A stretch of DNA of 64,000 bases from contig CAVTTL010000001.1 in NCBI GenBank assembly GCA_963737635.1, positions 2,176,001-2,240,000 of the forward strand. Reading direction: 5' to 3'. The position numbers and the translations under genes were made by a program. The notes under the pieces were generated by a model. It made no database searches, was not told the origin of the DNA, and saw nothing but the letters and a program-made list of their open reading frames with translations. Positions 29,724 to 39,288 of this stretch are shown one piece after another. This DNA comes from an uncultured Methanoregulaceae archaeon. Its GTDB lineage: Archaea > Halobacteriota > Methanomicrobia > Methanomicrobiales > Methanospirillaceae. The first letter of the stretch is position 1. Every line of letters begins with the position of its first letter.

Positions 29724-30437
29724 TTAAAGCATTCTCTCAAGAAGGCGCATACTTTCAACTGCGCCCTCGAAGTCCTCTACTTCAATCACCGGGGATCCGC
29801 CGCCCTTCTTTATGGTCGCCATTACGGGCTTAAAATCAATGGTACCTTTGCCAACGGCCCAGTGGGAGTCTGCAGTACCATCGTTGTCGTGCAGGTGGTA
29901 GTGCTGCGCCGGGACTGCGAGGAACTCTTTAAGATAGTGGTTCTGGTGGGCATGACCCACATCGAGGGTGAAGTTGTAGCCTTCGATCAGTGGGAGCTCC
30001 TCCGGAGTCTTAAGGAAGAAATACTCCCAGTCGCCCATATTCTCGACAGAAAACGATACGCCATATTCACGTGCGGCGGCAGAGAGCTCCGTAAGAGAAC
30101 GGGTGAGCTGTTGTTCAGCTGGCGCCCGCTCCTCAGGCCATGCAAAGTAACCGGGGTGCACAACGACCTCTGCGCCCACCTCAGCTGCGATGGCGAAACA
30201 CTCCTTCATCACGGTAACGCTTCCCCGGCGGATCGGCTCGAGTGTGCTTGCAAGGTTGGTCCCCCGGCAGGGTGCGTGGATGGAGAACATGCATGAATGG
30301 GAGAGGAGGGGTTCAGCGGTTTTGAGGAAGTGGAGACCCTCATCCATGATCTCGATCGAATCGGTAACCTCGGCAATCTTTGCAAGCGCCAGCGGGAGCG
30401 GTTCATGGTGGAGACAAAGGGTAGAGAGCCCGAGCAT
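29724..30437 (-). CDS. Sugar phosphate isomerase/epimerase (AP endonuclease 2 TIM-barrel) family
   Basis: SIHAP, VVHPG, VENM, LDVGHA, HLHDNDG..D.H, VIE. Confidence 0.88.
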   Translation of the reverse strand: MLGLSTLCLHHEPLPLALAKIAEVTDSIEIMDEGLHFLKTAEPLLSHSCMFSIHAPCRGTNLASTLEPIRRGSVTVMKECFAIAAEVGAEVVVHPGYFAWPEERAPAEQQLTRSLTELSAAAREYGVSFSVENMGDWEYFFLKTPEELPLIEGYNFTLDVGHAHQNHYLKEFLAVPAQHYHLHDNDGTADSHWAVGKGTIDFKPVMATIKKGGGSPVIEVEDFEGAVESMRLLERML

Positions 30438-30560
30438 TATCTTGAAATGTGTCGGCAGGTGCCCATAAACGTGCTGATCTGTCCCGGGTGCAGTTAAGAG
30501 GCGTAAAGCTGCGGCAGGTAAGGAAGCACTCCCTGCGGTAAAACGATCCTGAAAAAGAGA

Positions 30561-31592
30561 TTATTGCTTCATCCGGACTTCGAGCTGCGGGAACGGGATC
30601 TCGATTCCTTCGGCTGCGAACCGTGCCGCGATCCGGACATTGAGGGCATCTTTGACCTCGTCCGGGATATTGTAAGCCTTTGCCCAGACATAGATCACAA
30701 ACTTGAGACTTGAATCCCCGAACTCCTGGAAAAAGATCCTTGGCGCCGGTTCAGCAGCAAAATAATCCGTATTGTTGATCGCATCGGTGACTACCTCGAA
30801 AAGTACTTCCTTGACCCGGGCGATATCGGTGCCGTACGCGACCGTGACCGGGATCGTGTACCGGATTTTTGGGTCTGGTTCCGAGTAGTTGACCACACTC
30901 CCGGAGGTGATCTTATTGTTAGGGATGGTGACGATCTTTCCATCAATAGTCTTGATCCGGGTGCTCCGGGTACCGATCGCGACGACGTCACCGTAAAACG
31001 TGTCAACCTCGATACGGTCACCTGCTTTGAATGGTTTGTCGACCGTGATGATCGCGCCGCCAAAGAAGTTGGAGATCAGGTCCTGGGCAGCGAGCGCAAA
31101 GGCCAAACCGGCGATACCGGCACCGGCAAGGAAGGGGGTGATGTTGATCTCGAGGTTGACAAAGACCAGCATGATCCCGACAAACCAGACTACATAACGT
31201 ACGGCAAGTTCGAGGAGATCGACGATACGGTCATCGGTATCTCCTTCGGTTAACTCGGCCAGCTGGCGTCCGTAGATCCGGATGATGTCGTGGAGAAGGG
31301 AGGAGGCGATCCAGGTCCCCAGCAGGATATAGATCGAATTGAGCACCTTGTCAGAGAGGATCCACGCATACTGCGCCGGGACGATGTTGAAATCCTTGAG
31401 GGCGATATACACCGAGATTGCAACAATACCGACCTGGACGGGCGTGCCGATGGCGGCGACGATGATATCGTCCCATTTTGTCTCGGTGGTCTCGGCAAAC
31501 TTCTCCAGCCACCGCACGATCATACGTGCGATTCCTGCCACGGCAAGACCGGCAAGAATGGTCAGAATGGCGAAGAACAGGCTGTCATCCAT
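30561..31592 (-). CDS. mscS: Small-conductance mechanosensitive channel
   Basis: GIAGLAFALAAQDLISNFFGG..DKPF..GD; IPN; IEIPFPQ. Confidence 0.92.
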   Translation of the reverse strand: MDDSLFFAILTILAGLAVAGIARMIVRWLEKFAETTETKWDDIIVAAIGTPVQVGIVAISVYIALKDFNIVPAQYAWILSDKVLNSIYILLGTWIASSLLHDIIRIYGRQLAELTEGDTDDRIVDLLELAVRYVVWFVGIMLVFVNLEINITPFLAGAGIAGLAFALAAQDLISNFFGGAIITVDKPFKAGDRIEVDTFYGDVVAIGTRSTRIKTIDGKIVTIPNNKITSGSVVNYSEPDPKIRYTIPVTVAYGTDIARVKEVLFEVVTDAINNTDYFAAEPAPRIFFQEFGDSSLKFVIYVWAKAYNIPDEVKDALNVRIAARFAAEGIEIPFPQLEVRMKQ

Positions 31593-31637
31593 ACACGTAA
31601 ACTTATGTTGCAGGGTTCTAAATAAGTATAAGATAGC

Positions 31638-32666
31638 ATGGCGACGGGAAACGAGATAGCAGCAACTCTCCGCGGACTGGTGGACCGGGATATGACTTTT
31701 ATGCACATCTGCGGTACGCACGAGGCTGCGATTGCCCGGACCGGCCTGCGCAGTATCCTGCCCCCACAGTTAAAGATCGTTATGGGCCCCGGCTGCCCGG
31801 TCTGCATCACGCCACAGGGTGAGATCGACGCCGCTCTCGATCTCGTGGAAAAAGACTGCATTATTGCAACTTATGGTGACCTCCTCCGGGTTCCCGGCTC
31901 TAAAGGATCCTTGGAATCCTGCGGCGGGGACGTGCGAATCGTGCAGGGGATCCACAAAGCCGTTGAGATCGCCGGGAAGACCGACAAGGAGGTTGTCTTT
32001 ATCTCGGTCGGTTTTGAGACGACAGCCCCAACCGTCGCTGCCTCTATCCTGACGCATCCTCCGGAAAACTTCTCGATCCTTTCCTGTCACCGGGTCGTTC
32101 CCCCGGCAATGAAGTGGCTGCTTGAGCAGGGGGAGGCAAAACTCGACGGTTTTGTGTTACCCGGCCATGTCTGCACGGTGATGGGATACGAGGAGTACGA
32201 GCAGTTCCCAGTCCCGCAGGTCGTTGCCGGTTTCGAGGCCGAGGATATCCTGCTTGGTCTGGTGATGCTGGTCGAGCAGATCCGCGAAGGAAAACACCGG
32301 GTCGATAACGCCTATCCGCGTGCGGTCACCCGGGATGGGAACGTCAAGGCAAAGAAGATTATGTACGAGGTCTTTGAGTCGTCCGACGTTGAGTGGCGTG
32401 GTTTCCCGGTTATCCCGCAGTCCGGACTCAGGCTCAAGAAAGAGTTTGAGCAGTACGACGCCCAGAAGAAGTTCGATATTGTATACAAGAAAGTGAGCAA
32501 GCACTCCGCCTGTATCTGCGACCGGGTACTCCGCGGGATTGCCGAGCCGACCGACTGCAAACTCTTCGGCAAGGTCTGTACGCCCCGGACACCTGTCGGG
32601 CCGTGCATGGTGAGCCATGAGGGGGCCTGCAAAATCTGGCATCTTTACCAGGTCAAAAAGCAGTAA
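31638..32666 (+). CDS. hypD: Hydrogenase maturation protein HypD
   Basis: CGTH, GPGCPVC, GFETT, PGHV, C-terminal CxC..C..C..GPCMVS.EGAC. Confidence 0.97.
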   Translation: MATGNEIAATLRGLVDRDMTFMHICGTHEAAIARTGLRSILPPQLKIVMGPGCPVCITPQGEIDAALDLVEKDCIIATYGDLLRVPGSKGSLESCGGDVRIVQGIHKAVEIAGKTDKEVVFISVGFETTAPTVAASILTHPPENFSILSCHRVVPPAMKWLLEQGEAKLDGFVLPGHVCTVMGYEEYEQFPVPQVVAGFEAEDILLGLVMLVEQIREGKHRVDNAYPRAVTRDGNVKAKKIMYEVFESSDVEWRGFPVIPQSGLRLKKEFEQYDAQKKFDIVYKKVSKHSACICDRVLRGIAEPTDCKLFGKVCTPRTPVGPCMVSHEGACKIWHLYQVKKQ

Positions 32667-32722
32667 GGTGACTGGAGAACCTTCTCATTTATATGGAAGC
32701 ACACAAGAATAAGTATGGTAAA

Positions 32723-32737
32723 TTTGCCTCGGTAGGG
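32723..32737 (+). repeat. 15-bp direct repeat of the tRNA-Arg 5' end (copy at 34503-34517)
   Basis: TTTGCCTCGGTAGGG is identical at both sites and is preceded here by TTTATAT. Confidence 0.8.
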
Positions 32738-34502
32738 AGTCCGGGTGCCGACGGTAATTTGCTCTGTTTTTAATCAATTACAAAATCAAAAGCGCGCGGA
32801 AAAATCTAGCATTTAAATGTTGAATCAAGAATACAGAGTCAACTGTGAAAAATGCAAAAATTATGCAAAGATAATCCTTAACCGTGTTTGTCCCTTTTAG
32901 ATGAGATATATATCTGGAAAAGTGTTAACTGCAATCCTTAATTGAAAGTATCACGATAATTGTTAAATTCATCAAGATGATTTAACGTTCCTGCTTTAGT
33001 TCTCTCTTCTATGGACATGAATAAATCAGGATTATAAAAAAAATTGGGGTATCTAATATAGTTCATTTCTACATCATAAAACGCTTCGTCCTTCTTAATT
33101 TGTTCTTCTAATAATTCTGGTATAAAATTGGCTTTTACTATTTTAGCAAAAGGAAGAATTTCTTGTCTATCATTTTTGTCAAGAACTGCGTGGCGTGTAA
33201 CAACTCCAATTAGTTTATTATTAGAAATTACTGGACACCCACTGTTTCCCCAATATATCCTTAAATCTCCCCAAAAGTAATCCAAATCTGATGATGCCAT
33301 CGATACCTTTCCGAAGGTAAAACTAGGAAGAACGATATCATCTGAAAAATATTCTTCGTATTTTTCAGTTATTATTTTCTGTTTTTTAATCTGAGAGATA
33401 TCTTCTGGGAAACCAACTGTAAAAATATCTTCACCTTCTTGGATAGGTTCTTTGGCTATTTCTTCAAATGCAATTGGTTGATATCCAAGCATAAGGAGCT
33501 CTTCTCCAAATGTAGGTTGACTCATGAAAATTCTAGTTGCGAATTCACATAAACGTGGTCGTAACGAGATTATTGCAAGGTCAATATTTTGATGAACCGT
33601 AACAGCAGAATCAATAGAATCAGATTCCGTCAATTGTATAGATTTGGAAGCTGCAATTTCTTCCCCGTCGTGTCCAAAAGGGACATTATCCCGAGTTACT
33701 TGAAGACGCAATACCTTTTTATCATCGAAATAAAGATTTTTAGTAATTATTCGTCTTTTGATTTCATCGTTTAATTCATACAACAACGGGATTCTAAATA
33801 GCTGTTTAGTCGATAAAGAAGTACTTAATTTGGTTTTATCATTCAACAAATGAGCAACAGTAATTAAAAAATATTTCTTTTTGTATGATACAAAAATTGC
33901 AGTTCCGGATATTCTATAATCATCACGATTTTGTCTTAATTCAATATTCACAACACTATGTTTCCATCGTTGTAAGGATTCCATAGTACATTATCATATA
34001 CATAATATTTTATTTCTTAATTTCGAAATTTTTCTATAAGTTTTTTGTTGTAATGTCTCCGGAATCTCCCCCTAAAGTCTCACATGCCTTGATATTCACC
34101 TCATACGAGGGCGCCTGATACATCACAGTTGGGTCATTTCTCTTTTTACCGGAAATAACTGTCTCGATGTGGCAGTATCCCCCTTCCGATCCGTGCGGGT
34201 TCATAATATTCGAGAGGGCGCGGGACGGCTGGAAGGCCCTCACCCTGTGCCCGATACCTCCCGAACCGTTTGGGACTGGGAGACTACTAGATACCCAACA
34301 ATAAATACAGTATCATCGGGGTCGACGAAGCCTTTTTCTTCCCACTTTTGGAGAGCTTTAATACCATTAAACGTGTTGTTAATATGGAACTGTGATTCAT
34401 CGAGCGTTGGTTATTCCTTCACCGTCGCGGTTATCTTTGTTACCATACAGGATGATTCGCGCTGGGGAAGTCAGGCTAGCGCACCATGGACATGGTTGCC
34501 TG
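32738..34502. mobile_element. Small AT-rich genomic islet between direct repeats at tRNA-Arg
   Basis: Abrupt AT-rich composition, several CTAG sites (scarce elsewhere in the window), bounded by the 15-bp repeats; no integrase. Confidence 0.55.
32938..33984 (-). CDS. Trypsin-like serine protease (AT-rich, no signal peptide)
   Basis: GTAIF..LITVAH (His), DLAII (Asp), VGFP, WGNSGCPV (Ser), LIGVV. Confidence 0.85.
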   Translation of the reverse strand: MESLQRWKHSVVNIELRQNRDDYRISGTAIFVSYKKKYFLITVAHLLNDKTKLSTSLSTKQLFRIPLLYELNDEIKRRIITKNLYFDDKKVLRLQVTRDNVPFGHDGEEIAASKSIQLTESDSIDSAVTVHQNIDLAIISLRPRLCEFATRIFMSQPTFGEELLMLGYQPIAFEEIAKEPIQEGEDIFTVGFPEDISQIKKQKIITEKYEEYFSDDIVLPSFTFGKVSMASSDLDYFWGDLRIYWGNSGCPVISNNKLIGVVTRHAVLDKNDRQEILPFAKIVKANFIPELLEEQIKKDEAFYDVEMNYIRYPNFFYNPDLFMSIEERTKAGTLNHLDEFNNYRDTFN

Positions 34503-34505
34503 TTT

Positions 34506-34577
34506 GCCTCGGTAGGGTAGTGGACATCCTAGAAGCCTCCGGAGCTTTTGACCCGGGTTCAAATCCCGGCCGAGGCG
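34506..34577 (+). tRNA. tRNA-Arg(CCG)
   Basis: Acceptor GCCTCGG/CCGAGGC; anticodon arm GAAGC-CTCCGGA-GCTTT; T arm CCGGG-TTCAAAT-CCCGG. Confidence 0.95.
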
Positions 34578-34745
34578 CTTCACTTTTTAAGTCCAAATCA
34601 TTAACAAATAGGGACCCCATTTAATTTCCGGATGGGGCGTCATCCCTTTCAAGTCTGAATCTCCTCTCAAAAAATTATTCCATTGAGCAACGATTTATGC
34701 AGGCTACACGTATTGAGAAATACTTCTTTGTCAAATCTAAAAATC

Positions 34746-35504
34746 TTAAATTTTATCATCCATTAGCGGAATCGTGTCAAATTTTGTCCCGTATAATTTG
34801 ACATGTTTTTGATAATCTTCGAACGTTAAATATTCATCGATTAGAAATTCAAAAAATGGATATATATCCCAAGCCCAATCCCGTGCCCACGCTGGCTCAT
34901 TATTTCGTTTGGTTATATCAGCTACCGAATTATCAAATGCAGGATTTATTTCAAAATAGGAAACCTCACCTACAGATGATTTAGTAAGAACACTTTCCAG
35001 TTTTTGAAAATTTTCTTGATATGTTTTGCCTACAGAGAATCTAGCGATTTTAATTTTATCGTTCTTGAACAATTTAGTATAATTTAAATGAATATAGGGG
35101 TCTCTGAACTCTTGTACTCGTTTTAAAAAATTGATAACGAATTTGGGGAAAAGAGGAGTAGTAGAACATTTTCTTCTCTTTCCAGTTGTATCTTCAGAAT
35201 ATTTTATGGAATGTGCTAATGGTCCTTGCATTCTTACATTGTCATGTACAAAAATAATTTCGTTAATTGTAACTTCAATAAGTTGTCCGAGTAACATAAT
35301 TCCGGGATGATACAATCCGTACAGAATGCATCTATAAGAGTCATAATAGATTGAATATAAATGAGGTTTTGACATAAATTTTGGATGTAACGAGTTATAG
35401 AGTCGTGGAAGTTTAACTTCATTGATTTCCATTTCGTCATTTAATCTGGTAGCATGATCTTTTAAGTCTAAATTAGCCCACAATGAAATCTCATTATCGA
35501 CCAT
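34746..35504 (-). CDS. AT-rich hypothetical protein, probable HEPN domain
   Basis: SYRC...GLY..GIMLLGQLIE helix and Rx4H motif (RDPYIH). Confidence 0.6.
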   Translation of the reverse strand: MVDNEISLWANLDLKDHATRLNDEMEINEVKLPRLYNSLHPKFMSKPHLYSIYYDSYRCILYGLYHPGIMLLGQLIEVTINEIIFVHDNVRMQGPLAHSIKYSEDTTGKRRKCSTTPLFPKFVINFLKRVQEFRDPYIHLNYTKLFKNDKIKIARFSVGKTYQENFQKLESVLTKSSVGEVSYFEINPAFDNSVADITKRNNEPAWARDWAWDIYPFFEFLIDEYLTFEDYQKHVKLYGTKFDTIPLMDDKI

Positions 35505-35727
35505 TATTCAGAATAAAACATTAGTATAATTAAGTATTTGTTTCGCGATTTCACTTGAAAGGTAATTTAAGGCTAAAACGCACTCTTGAAACTCAATTTT
35601 TTTACACCATTCTCATCAGCAATCGTCTTAAATCCTCATTCTTCCTTTTACTCTATTCAAAAGGACTTTTCAATAACTACCAGAGAGATCCCCAAACCAA
35701 TATGTGAGAACCAGCATCGGTTTTCTC

Positions 35728-36651
35728 TCACCCCAACCATTCCGGATTCCTGCTGGTCGAATCAAACACGTGCGTCGTCTTATACAGCTCATATTTCCCC
35801 TTCGTCGCAGCCTTGGCTGTCCGTGCGAGCAACTCCCGGGTCTCATCCACCGTCATCGGGCGAAACGTCCGGGCCGCCATGAGCGCCTGATCCAGCACCT
35901 GCATAGAATCGCAGCCGGTTATAACGACGCTCGTCGGGAGGCTCATCGCGTAATGCAGGCATTCAACGGCTGTCACTATCCCGCTGTCGAAAATGTACCG
36001 GTCGCCCATCGGCTTCATCCCGAGCACACCGGTCCCGTCCTGCACTAGAGCCGGCAAGACCTTCTTTTCAAAGCTCTCGAAATGGGCGTCCATCACGTTC
36101 AGGGGCATCTGGACCGTATCGAACCGGAAGTGGTGGCGGGTCGCGGTCTCAAGCATCTTTATGTGGAACTCCGGGTGCTTATGGCCGGTAAAGCCGATAT
36201 AGCGGACTTTTCCCTCACGTTGTGCGTCGATCACGGCCTCCAGTGCACCACCCTCAGCAAAGATCCGGTCCGGATCGTCAGCACGGATAATTTCATGGAA
36301 CTGCAGGAGATCAACATGATCGGTCTGGAGTCTCGCAAGCGATTCGTCGATCTGGCGGGCGGCAGAGATCCGGTCGCGGCCGTCAATCTTTGTCATCAGG
36401 AATGCCCGCTCGCGGTACCCGTTGCGGAGCGCTTTCCCCATCCTGACCTCGCTTCGTCCTTCGTTGTAATCCCAGCAGTTATCAAGAAACGTGATCCCGT
36501 TGTCGATCGCGGTGCGGATGATGCGGATGCTCTCCGGCTCCGAAAGATCCGGCAGACCCAGATGAGCCCCGCCTAGACCGATGACCGAAACCCGTTCCCC
36601 GGTGCGCCCGAGGATCCGGGTGGGAATCTCACTTCCCTCTGAGTGTTCCAT
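35728..36651 (-). CDS. Aldo/keto reductase
   Basis: LGRTG..VS.IGLG, FLDNCWDY..G.SE, MTK, SL.RLQTDHVDL.QFH, YIGFTGH. Confidence 0.92.
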   Translation of the reverse strand: MEHSEGSEIPTRILGRTGERVSVIGLGGAHLGLPDLSEPESIRIIRTAIDNGITFLDNCWDYNEGRSEVRMGKALRNGYRERAFLMTKIDGRDRISAARQIDESLARLQTDHVDLLQFHEIIRADDPDRIFAEGGALEAVIDAQREGKVRYIGFTGHKHPEFHIKMLETATRHHFRFDTVQMPLNVMDAHFESFEKKVLPALVQDGTGVLGMKPMGDRYIFDSGIVTAVECLHYAMSLPTSVVITGCDSMQVLDQALMAARTFRPMTVDETRELLARTAKAATKGKYELYKTTHVFDSTSRNPEWLG

Positions 36652-36875
36652 GCTTCCTGGTCCCTCCTGCTTTTGTGAGAGGGACTTGTGAACGGCAACA
36701 CATTAAATTGTTGATAGTGCGCTTTTGAATCCGGTCCCGTATTGGCAGATCCGGTAAAACTATACGATAGACCCGTTAGGAAGCGGTTTTGCTCAAGTCT
36801 TATAGTTGCAAAAAAAACTGTGCATAATGCCAAAAAGTTTATACATTATGCCAAATATACAATGCATGAAACCTT

Positions 36876-37733
36876 ATGAAACACCAGAACCTTGTAATCG
36901 GCAGCATTCTTGCTGTCGGTATTATTGCCACCTTAATCTGCGTCGGCATGGTCACCGGATATTCGGTATTCAAACCATTCATCTCCGTTAAACCGGTAAG
37001 TAACGTGAACACGAGCGTCCAATCCTCTGCTATGGAAAGCACCCCGGTTGATACACCACCGTACATCGCCATTGATCCCATCGCCAACAAAACAACCGGC
37101 GATCTTCTGATCGTTACCGGTTCAACGAATCTCCCGGCAGACGCATCTCTAATGATTCAGGTAGGCGGCACTGGAGGAAATACCGAGGTAAACGCAGGAA
37201 CCAACGGCGTTCACCGGTATTCCATGCCGATCGACACTTCCATCTTAAAACCGGGCACGCTCAACATAACCGTGACCCAGATGATCGGTGACCCGGCAAA
37301 AGGAACGTACAGGCCGGGGACCGTCAAAGCGACCGCCTCCTTCACGCTGAACGGCACCTCCCTTGCAAGTGCCACACCGGTACAACCAACAATCACTGCA
37401 AGCAATTACATCCATTTAAACGCAATCGGTAACCGGTCTGTCGGGGATCAGTTCCTCATCACCGGAACTACCAGTCTACCCATAGGCACCAACCTGCTCT
37501 GGCAGATCATGCCGGACACCGGAACACCGCCGACCGGCGTCAATATGACCGCAAGTGGTGACGGGGGAAATAACATGGTAACGAAAGGCGACGGCACAGC
37601 AAACCGGGTATCGTTTGCCGCCGATATGAGCCGACAAGTACCGGGGAAGTGGGTGGTCCTTGTGGGGGTAGCAAAAGAAGGCCAATTTGAGATGGAAAAA
37701 CCTCTGGGAATCGCCTACTTTACCCTGCAATAA
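36876..37733 (+). CDS. Membrane-anchored exported protein with two Ig-like repeats
   Basis: N-terminal TM; repeats IDPIANKTTGDLLIVTGSTNL and LNAIGNRSVGDQFLITGTTSL. Confidence 0.8.
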   Translation: MKHQNLVIGSILAVGIIATLICVGMVTGYSVFKPFISVKPVSNVNTSVQSSAMESTPVDTPPYIAIDPIANKTTGDLLIVTGSTNLPADASLMIQVGGTGGNTEVNAGTNGVHRYSMPIDTSILKPGTLNITVTQMIGDPAKGTYRPGTVKATASFTLNGTSLASATPVQPTITASNYIHLNAIGNRSVGDQFLITGTTSLPIGTNLLWQIMPDTGTPPTGVNMTASGDGGNNMVTKGDGTANRVSFAADMSRQVPGKWVVLVGVAKEGQFEMEKPLGIAYFTLQ

Positions 37734-37850
37734 GCAGGTATTCAGGCTAGGGAAATACACCCCATTCACCCTTTTCCGAAAACCGAAATGCTGGATCAAA
37801 GATAAAAATTTTTCACGTAATGCACAAAATACATTACATGTGGCGCGCCT

Positions 37851-38690
37851 ATGAAAAAGAAATATCTCACCTATGCTGGTATTGCATCTGCCGTGATATT
37901 GGTCGTCATGTTCGCCATTATCCTCCTGACCGGTTCCTTTTCCATCTTCTCCACTGCTACCATCGATCCCATCCCGGATCAGGTTCCCGGAGATCTCATA
38001 GTCATCACGGGGACGACGAACCTTATGGCCGGCACGATGCTGGAACTGGATATTGTCAATGCCTCCTATGCTCCCGGGAAAAATTCCCCGGTCGGGAGAG
38101 TGGATGCGTTCATTGTCCGGGGTGGGGGAATGGCGAACAGCTGGTCAGGCATACTTGACACTTCCAGCTTCCCGCCCGGAGAATACGAGATAAATGCTTA
38201 TTCGACGAACGATACCGGTTCCCGGGGTAATCTTCTTGCCACGGCCCGGCTCAGGCTGACGAATACCACATCTAACCAGGACAAAATCATCTACAATCTT
38301 ACGTCACAAGGATCGGTTGCCGGGCCCTGCAAAGTTATCATGATTGATACGTTACCGGGTAAATTCACTAACCGTACCTATACAATCACGGGAACAACCA
38401 CCCTTCCCACCGGGACGATATTGCTTTTGGAAGTATTTCCCACGGAAATTGATGTGAGCGTGAACATGGGAACCGGGGGAATGTCGGCGTCCGGCGTCGG
38501 GGCATCAGATGATGTGGAAGTCGTCCGTGGAACCGGGAATACGAACTTGTGGTCTACGGATGTCGACCTTTCAAAATTCCCGCCGAATGAATATCTCATC
38601 AATATTAGTAATGACCGGATCGATACCAAGACTTATGCAACAATATACGGGGACACTTACTGCTCAGAACGATTTACCCTTTCGGGGTGA
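37851..38690 (+). CDS. Membrane-anchored exported protein with two Ig-like repeats (paralog)
   Basis: IDPIPDQVPGDLIVITGTTNL..WS..DTSSFPPGEY; second repeat ITGTTTL..WS.DVDLSKFPPNEY. Confidence 0.8.
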   Translation: MKKKYLTYAGIASAVILVVMFAIILLTGSFSIFSTATIDPIPDQVPGDLIVITGTTNLMAGTMLELDIVNASYAPGKNSPVGRVDAFIVRGGGMANSWSGILDTSSFPPGEYEINAYSTNDTGSRGNLLATARLRLTNTTSNQDKIIYNLTSQGSVAGPCKVIMIDTLPGKFTNRTYTITGTTTLPTGTILLLEVFPTEIDVSVNMGTGGMSASGVGASDDVEVVRGTGNTNLWSTDVDLSKFPPNEYLINISNDRIDTKTYATIYGDTYCSERFTLSG

Positions 38691-38695
38691 TTTTC

Positions 38696-39274
38696 ATGAA
38701 ACGCCTAACCTATCTTACCTGTACCCTCATCGTGGCCTGTATGGTGGCCGCAATGGTCGGGTGGTCGATGGCAGCCGGTAATTTTCTGGTCCCGGTCATT
38801 GCCATCCCGCTCGGAATCATCGTTGTCCTTGCCTGCCGCGCGCAGGTTGACGTTGTGATAGCAGACGAACGGGAGAAGAGGATCCGGAGTAAAGCCGCTC
38901 TTCGTACACTCGAAGTTGTCGTTATCGGAGGGGCGATTGTCGCGATTATCCTGTATTCCTTTGTGGTGAGCATCCCTCTTACCCCGATAATCACCGGAAA
39001 AATATTCATTAATGCTGACGGGACGCAATCCATGACAATAACCGAGTATAAGCCAGGAAGTGTACCAGGCCCGCAAACCCTTATCCGACAAACAACCATT
39101 CACAACCTGAATGCCATGAACGAATCCGAGGCAATAGCGTACTGTTCCTATGTCAGGGAGGGTTTCCAGGAAAACGAGAACAGGGGGCTTGTCGGTATGA
39201 CCGTAGGAAGTGTTGTCGTCATTCTCCTGGGAACGTTCGGAGCATTTTATCTCTATTACGACAAAAAATACTGA
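38696..39274 (+). CDS. DUF2178-like membrane protein
   Basis: V.ADERE..I..KAA motif, C-terminal FYLYYDKK; paired with an XRE HTH gene. Confidence 0.7.
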   Translation: MKRLTYLTCTLIVACMVAAMVGWSMAAGNFLVPVIAIPLGIIVVLACRAQVDVVIADEREKRIRSKAALRTLEVVVIGGAIVAIILYSFVVSIPLTPIITGKIFINADGTQSMTITEYKPGSVPGPQTLIRQTTIHNLNAMNESEAIAYCSYVREGFQENENRGLVGMTVGSVVVILLGTFGAFYLYYDKKY

Positions 39275-39288
39275 TCCTCAAGGTTGCA

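Noticed and set aside
32817-32945. Small CxxC ORF with in-frame TAG followed by ATG (pyrrolysine readthrough?)
   Set aside because: Only 27 codons, no homology evident, and no Pyl machinery expected in this lineage; probably a decayed remnant
34169-34624. 151-aa ORF spanning tRNA-Arg
   Set aside because: Overlaps a perfect tRNA and has no protein-like features
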